NCBI GenBank assembly: GCA_033442325.1
Contig: JAWQFM010000027.1
Span: 47,929 to 65,125 of the forward strand
Length of the DNA stretch: 17,197 bases
Origin: Salpingoeca rosetta
Lineage: Eukaryota > Protista > Choanoflagellata
Direction: 5' to 3'
The notes under the pieces were generated by a model that saw only the letters and a program-made list of their open reading frames with translations, made no database searches and was not told where the DNA came from. Each line of letters starts with the position of its first letter. Within the stretch, counting starts at the first letter, position 1. This document shows positions 1 to 17,197 of the stretch, piece after piece. The translations under genes were made by a program, and so were the position numbers.

Positions 1-288
1 TTTTTTTTTTTTTTCTTTTTTTTTTCTTTCGTATCATTCATGAGAGAAAGAAGGGGAGAGAGGATATGTGGGTATGTTGATCTGTGTAGTCTTCATGCAC
101 TACGAGGGGGGGGGGGGGGGGGGAGGGGGGGGAGAGAGATAAAAAACCTGATACCTGCGCTGGCCGCAACAAACAAAAAAAAAACAAGTCACACACACAC
201 ACACACACACAATGCACACACACACACACGAAGCACACATCGCAAACACACACCATCCCTCTTCCCCTCCCCCCCCCCAGTAACAGAC

Positions 289-969
289 CGGGTGCTGCTT
301 GATGCCGTCCTTGCCGGCGGAGTCCGAGCCCAACCGCTGCTTCGGGTCGCGCTGCAGCCACCCCGTCACCAGCGACCGCGCATGGGCAGAGATGGACGCG
401 TGGAACTCAAGGGGCGCAGACAGCACGGCCTCAAAGATCTCCTCTTCGTCATCGCCGTCAAACGGCGTCTCGCCAATCATCATCTCGTATGCCATCACCC
501 CGAGCGACCACCAGTCTACCGACACCCCATACGGCAGCTCCTGGATAATCTCTGGCGCAAGGTACCCCGGGGTGCCGCAGAAGGTGGTGGTGGTGGCTGC
601 ACCCCAGATGCCCTCCTTGCACAGCCCAAAGTCCGCCAGCTTTGCGTGGCCATCGCCCGTGAGCATGACGTTGTCGAGTTTGAGGTCGCGGTAGACAATA
701 CCGCGGTCGTGCAGGAACCACAGACCGCAGCACACCTCCGCCAGCAGCAGCTGCGCCTGCGGCTCTGTGAAGGAGCCCAGGTTGGATGCGTGGAACATGA
801 GGTCACCACCCTTGATGAACTCCATGACGAAGTACAGGCGTTCCGGCGTCTGGAAGGTTGCGTAAAGGCCCGTCAAACAGGGGCACTCTGCGCCAACGGA
901 GAGCACGCGCCGCTCAATCATCGTCGCCTCCACGTCATCGTCCTCAATCACAGCCTCTTTCGACAGCAC
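289..969 (-). CDS. PKC-like gene exon: kinase catalytic core
   Basis: 681 nt (227 codons) from VLSKEAV to GIKQHP in ORF 100..1218(-); acceptor cccAG at 971-970, donor GTctgt at 288. Confidence 0.95.
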
Positions 970-2521
970 CTGGGGTGCGTTGAATGAGTGAGTGCGTGCG
1001 TGTGTGTGTATGTGTGTGCGTGCGTGTGTGTGTATGTGTGTGTGAGTGTGTGAGTGTATGTGTGTGTGTGTGTGTGAGTGCGTGCGTGTGTGTATGTGTG
1101 TGTGTATGTGTGTGTGAGTGTGTGTGAGTGTGTGTGTGTGAGTGCGTGCGTGCGTGTACGTCACTGACCCCAAGAACAACGCAGCCCTGGCGAAAACACG
1201 CAGGTGCCCTTCACCCACAACACGCCAACTCTGCCCAATACCTTGACAGCGTAGATGTCCTTTGTGTCGTTGAGTTCAGCAAGCAGCACCTTTCCAAACG
1301 CGCCGCGCCCCAGGACCTGCAGATACGTGAAGCTGTCGATGCCAACCTTCTTCTTCCCGCCAACAGCACCGCTGCTCTCAATCAACTCCGCGTCGTCCAC
1401 AGCCGGCACAGGCTCCTCATACGTTCGCTCTGCCCAGTGAACGCACGCGGGGGCGGACATCAATGGCAGCGTCAGTGAAACAAGTGAGGAAGGAAGCAAA
1501 TGAAGACGGAAGCAAGTGAAGGAGGGAGCATGGGTCAAACATGGAAGTGCGCATATGTGCATGTAAAGCGCAACCCCCCCCCCCCCCAAAAACACAAAAA
1601 CCAACCCTCTCAACACCCGACCTACAGACCACGACACAGAACTATCTCCCCCCCCCCCTCCCTCACAGCAGAATCCCCACCCTCTGGCTTCTTGTTGCCG
1701 TAGACATCGCCGTACAGCTCCTGGATCTCTTTGGTGATTTCCTTCTTGCGCATCACGCGGAAGGGCTCGTTTTGGTTGATGGCCTTCTTCTCGTCGAGGA
1801 AGCGGAACCAGCCCTGCGTCGGCGTGTCGTCATCCTCAATCTCGTTCAATGTAAACGCCATCCCGCCGAGGAAGGTGCCCCGCTTGCGGCCCGCGTCGTG
1901 CAGCAGCTCGATGCGCAGCCGCGTGTTGTCGCGCATGCCCGCGGTGATGGCGGAGATGTCAAAGGTGAACGTCTGCTCGAAGACGGCGCGCTTGCGCGCG
2001 CCCTTGACCACCTTGGTCTGTTGCTTCATGACGGCGTCGCAGCCCTTGGGCACGGGCCCAATGGAGATGACCGCGTAAGGGTTGGCGTCGTCGTTCTTCG
2101 TCACCGTGTGGAAGTCGCGGGCCTCATCAACCTGCGCCACCAGCTTGTTCTTTGCAATGTCCAGACGCACAAACAGGCGACCGCGGTGCACCTTCTGCGC
2201 ACCCATGCGGCGCTGGTGCTTCTTGTCCTTCTTCTTGCTGCCCTTCTTGCTGCCCTTCTTGCTTGCCTTCTTGCTTGCCTTCTTGCTTTCCTTTCGCTGC
2301 TGCTTCTCTTTCTTGCTTGCGGCCTTCTTCGCCGCCTTCTCCTGCTTCTCCTTCTCCTTCTGCTCCTTCTTCGCCTCCTTCTCCAGTGCCTTTTGCTCCT
2401 TCTTGCTCAGCTGTCTCTTGACACCTGACGATGACGACGACGACGAGGCCTCGGCCTCCGCGGCCCCGTCCGCCTCACCCTCGGCCTTCTGCTTCTTCTT
2501 CTTCGACCCAAACAGCGGCAT
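289..2521 (-). CDS. Protein kinase C-family Ser/Thr kinase (Lys-rich N-terminus + C2 domain + AGC kinase domain), spliced, 3'-partial
   Basis: Exons (minus strand) 2521-1681, 1429-1242 and 969-289 join in frame through GT-AG introns (phase 1: ...KKPE-E-RTYEE; phase 0: YAVK|VLSKEAVIEDDDVEATMIERRVL). Kinase motifs: LGRGAFGKV, YAVK, LYFVMEFIKGGDL, YRDLKLDN, DFGLCKE, TFCGTPGYLAPE, DWWSLGV, GETPFDGDDEEEIF, KQHP. These closely resemble conventional PKC. The donor at 288 follows HP, and the AGC C-terminal tail lies outside the window. The ATG at 2521 is the likely start but is preceded by an AG acceptor at 2530-2529. Confidence 0.93.
986..1157. repeat. Degenerate (TG)n/(CA)n microsatellite in the 3' part of a kinase intron
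   Basis: gtgtgtgtatgtgtgtgcgtgcgtg... directly visible. Confidence 0.9.
1242..1429 (-). CDS. PKC-like gene exon: hinge and kinase N-lobe (Gly-rich loop, VAIK lysine)
   Basis: RTYEEPVPAVDDAELIESSGAVGGKKKVGIDSFTYLQVLGRGAFGKVLLAELNDTKDIYAVK; acceptor ggcAG at 1431-1430, donor GTattg at 1241. Confidence 0.92.
1681..2521 (-). CDS. PKC-like gene exon: MPLFGSKKKK... Lys/Glu-rich region, pseudosubstrate-like segment and C2 domain
   Basis: ORF 1622..2635(-). RGRLFVRLDI...KLVAQVDEARD...ANPYAVISIGP...KQQTKVVK...VFEQTFTFD...RLRIELL...FLGGMAFTLNEI...GWFRFLDEKKAINQNEPF aligns by eye with the cPKC C2 domain (RGRIYL...LHVTVRDAKNL...DPYVKL...KQKTKTI...WNESFTF...RLSVEIW...FMGSLSFGVSEL...GWYKLL...YNVPI). Confidence 0.88.
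2228..2290 (-). repeat. Coding 12-bp tandem repeat encoding SKKA/SKKG units
   Basis: cttcttgctgcc / cttcttgcttgc units; translation ESKKASKKASKKGSKKGSKKK. Confidence 0.85.
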
Positions 2522-2636
2522 CCTCAATCTGCGTGTGTAGGTGTGGGTGTAGGTGGGTGTACTGGAGTGGAAGTGGACGACGAATGGGCCCTTAGCTCTG
2601 GCTGGTGGGCTCTGCTGTCTGTCGTAAGGTCGCAAA

Positions 2637-2736
2637 NNNNNNNNNNNNNNNNNNNNNNNNNNNNNNNNNNNNNNNNNNNNNNNNNNNNNNNNNNNNNNNN
2701 NNNNNNNNNNNNNNNNNNNNNNNNNNNNNNNNNNNN
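2637..2736. other. Assembly gap (100 N, probably a placeholder of unknown size) between the two divergent genes
   Basis: Run of exactly 100 N. Confidence 0.98.
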
Positions 2737-3089
2737 CAATGCCAGGGAAGGGTTAGGCGTGCTCTGTGTAAATTTTTATGTCCTTGAGATCGGATGGGCA
2801 GTAAGTCGCTATGTTTTGTGTATGCTTTGTTGGATTGATCGGGGCCGCACACCCCTCTCAACTCGCACGGTGAACTTGCCCCCCACCCCCCCGTTTGGTC
2901 GACAATTTCGACGATTACTTACGTTCAGCGGGGGTGGGAGTATCTGGATCCCCGGAACATTTCCGTACTACTGAAACATCGGTGCCCCTTCAATTTCTTA
3001 AAAAAAGGGGAGTTTGTATATGATGGTGGTTGTGTGTTTTAGAAAGCACACTCCACGTTGTGTGTGTGTTTCTCTTCAAGGTGTGGGTG

Positions 3090-3125
<36 letters not shown>

Positions 3126-3298
3126 TGCTGTGTGTTTGTGTGTCTGCTTTTGGTGTGTGTCAAATGCTTTGCCCTGATACTTCTGCCCCTCCGCCCGAGT
3201 CATCACCACTGTCCCTTTTTCTCCCCAACACCACTAGTCCCGTCCACCACCTTTCCATTCCTCTTCACTCACCCCCGTGCACCCGTCCACTTGATCAG

Positions 3299-17147
<13,849 letters not shown>

Positions 17148-17197
<50 letters not shown>
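17148..17197. repeat. (GT)n microsatellite starting at a probable splice donor
   Basis: gacg|gtgtgtgt... to the end of the window. Confidence 0.9.

Noticed and set aside
1-30. Poly-T tract as a retroposon tail or the kinase poly(A)
   Set aside because: It lies at the window edge within the kinase intron, among other homopolymers. There is no element body or target-site duplication, and the kinase C-terminal tail has not yet been encoded.
40-2540. Long plus-strand ORFs (40..987, 1541..2428, 2082..2540)
   Set aside because: Antisense shadows of the kinase exons with no recognisable domain.
2737-3030. Compositionally atypical sequence after the first gap (possible promoter or foreign insert)
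   Set aside because: No recognisable element; its position at a contig edge suggests low-quality read ends.

Overview
Eukaryotic, GC-rich, intron-dense draft-genome sequence with two N-gaps (2637-2736, 5597-6316) and abundant intronic (CA)n/(TG)n microsatellites. The style suggests a choanoflagellate such as Salpingoeca; this is inference and was not checked. Two divergently oriented signalling genes were reconstructed by hand from GT-AG boundaries and frame continuity. (1) Minus strand: a protein kinase C-family gene (3 exons visible, ~570 aa, running off the window's left end). It has a Lys-rich N-terminus, a cPKC-like C2 domain apparently lacking the Ca2+-binding aspartates, and no visible C1 domains. 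(2) Plus strand: a DOCK-A/B (DOCK180/DOCK1-5-like) Rac GEF gene (38 visible exons, ~1,750 aa, incomplete at both ends and across the second gap). It has SH3, DHR-1, a helical region, DHR-2 and a Pro-rich tail with four NPF motifs and a PPxY motif. Most ORFs in the supplied track are microsatellite or antisense artefacts. The most interesting signals are the C1-less PKC architecture, the NPF-array tail on a DOCK GEF, a GT(5')/CA(3') polarity within introns that follows the gene strand, and a 5' splice-site consensus dominated by C at +4.
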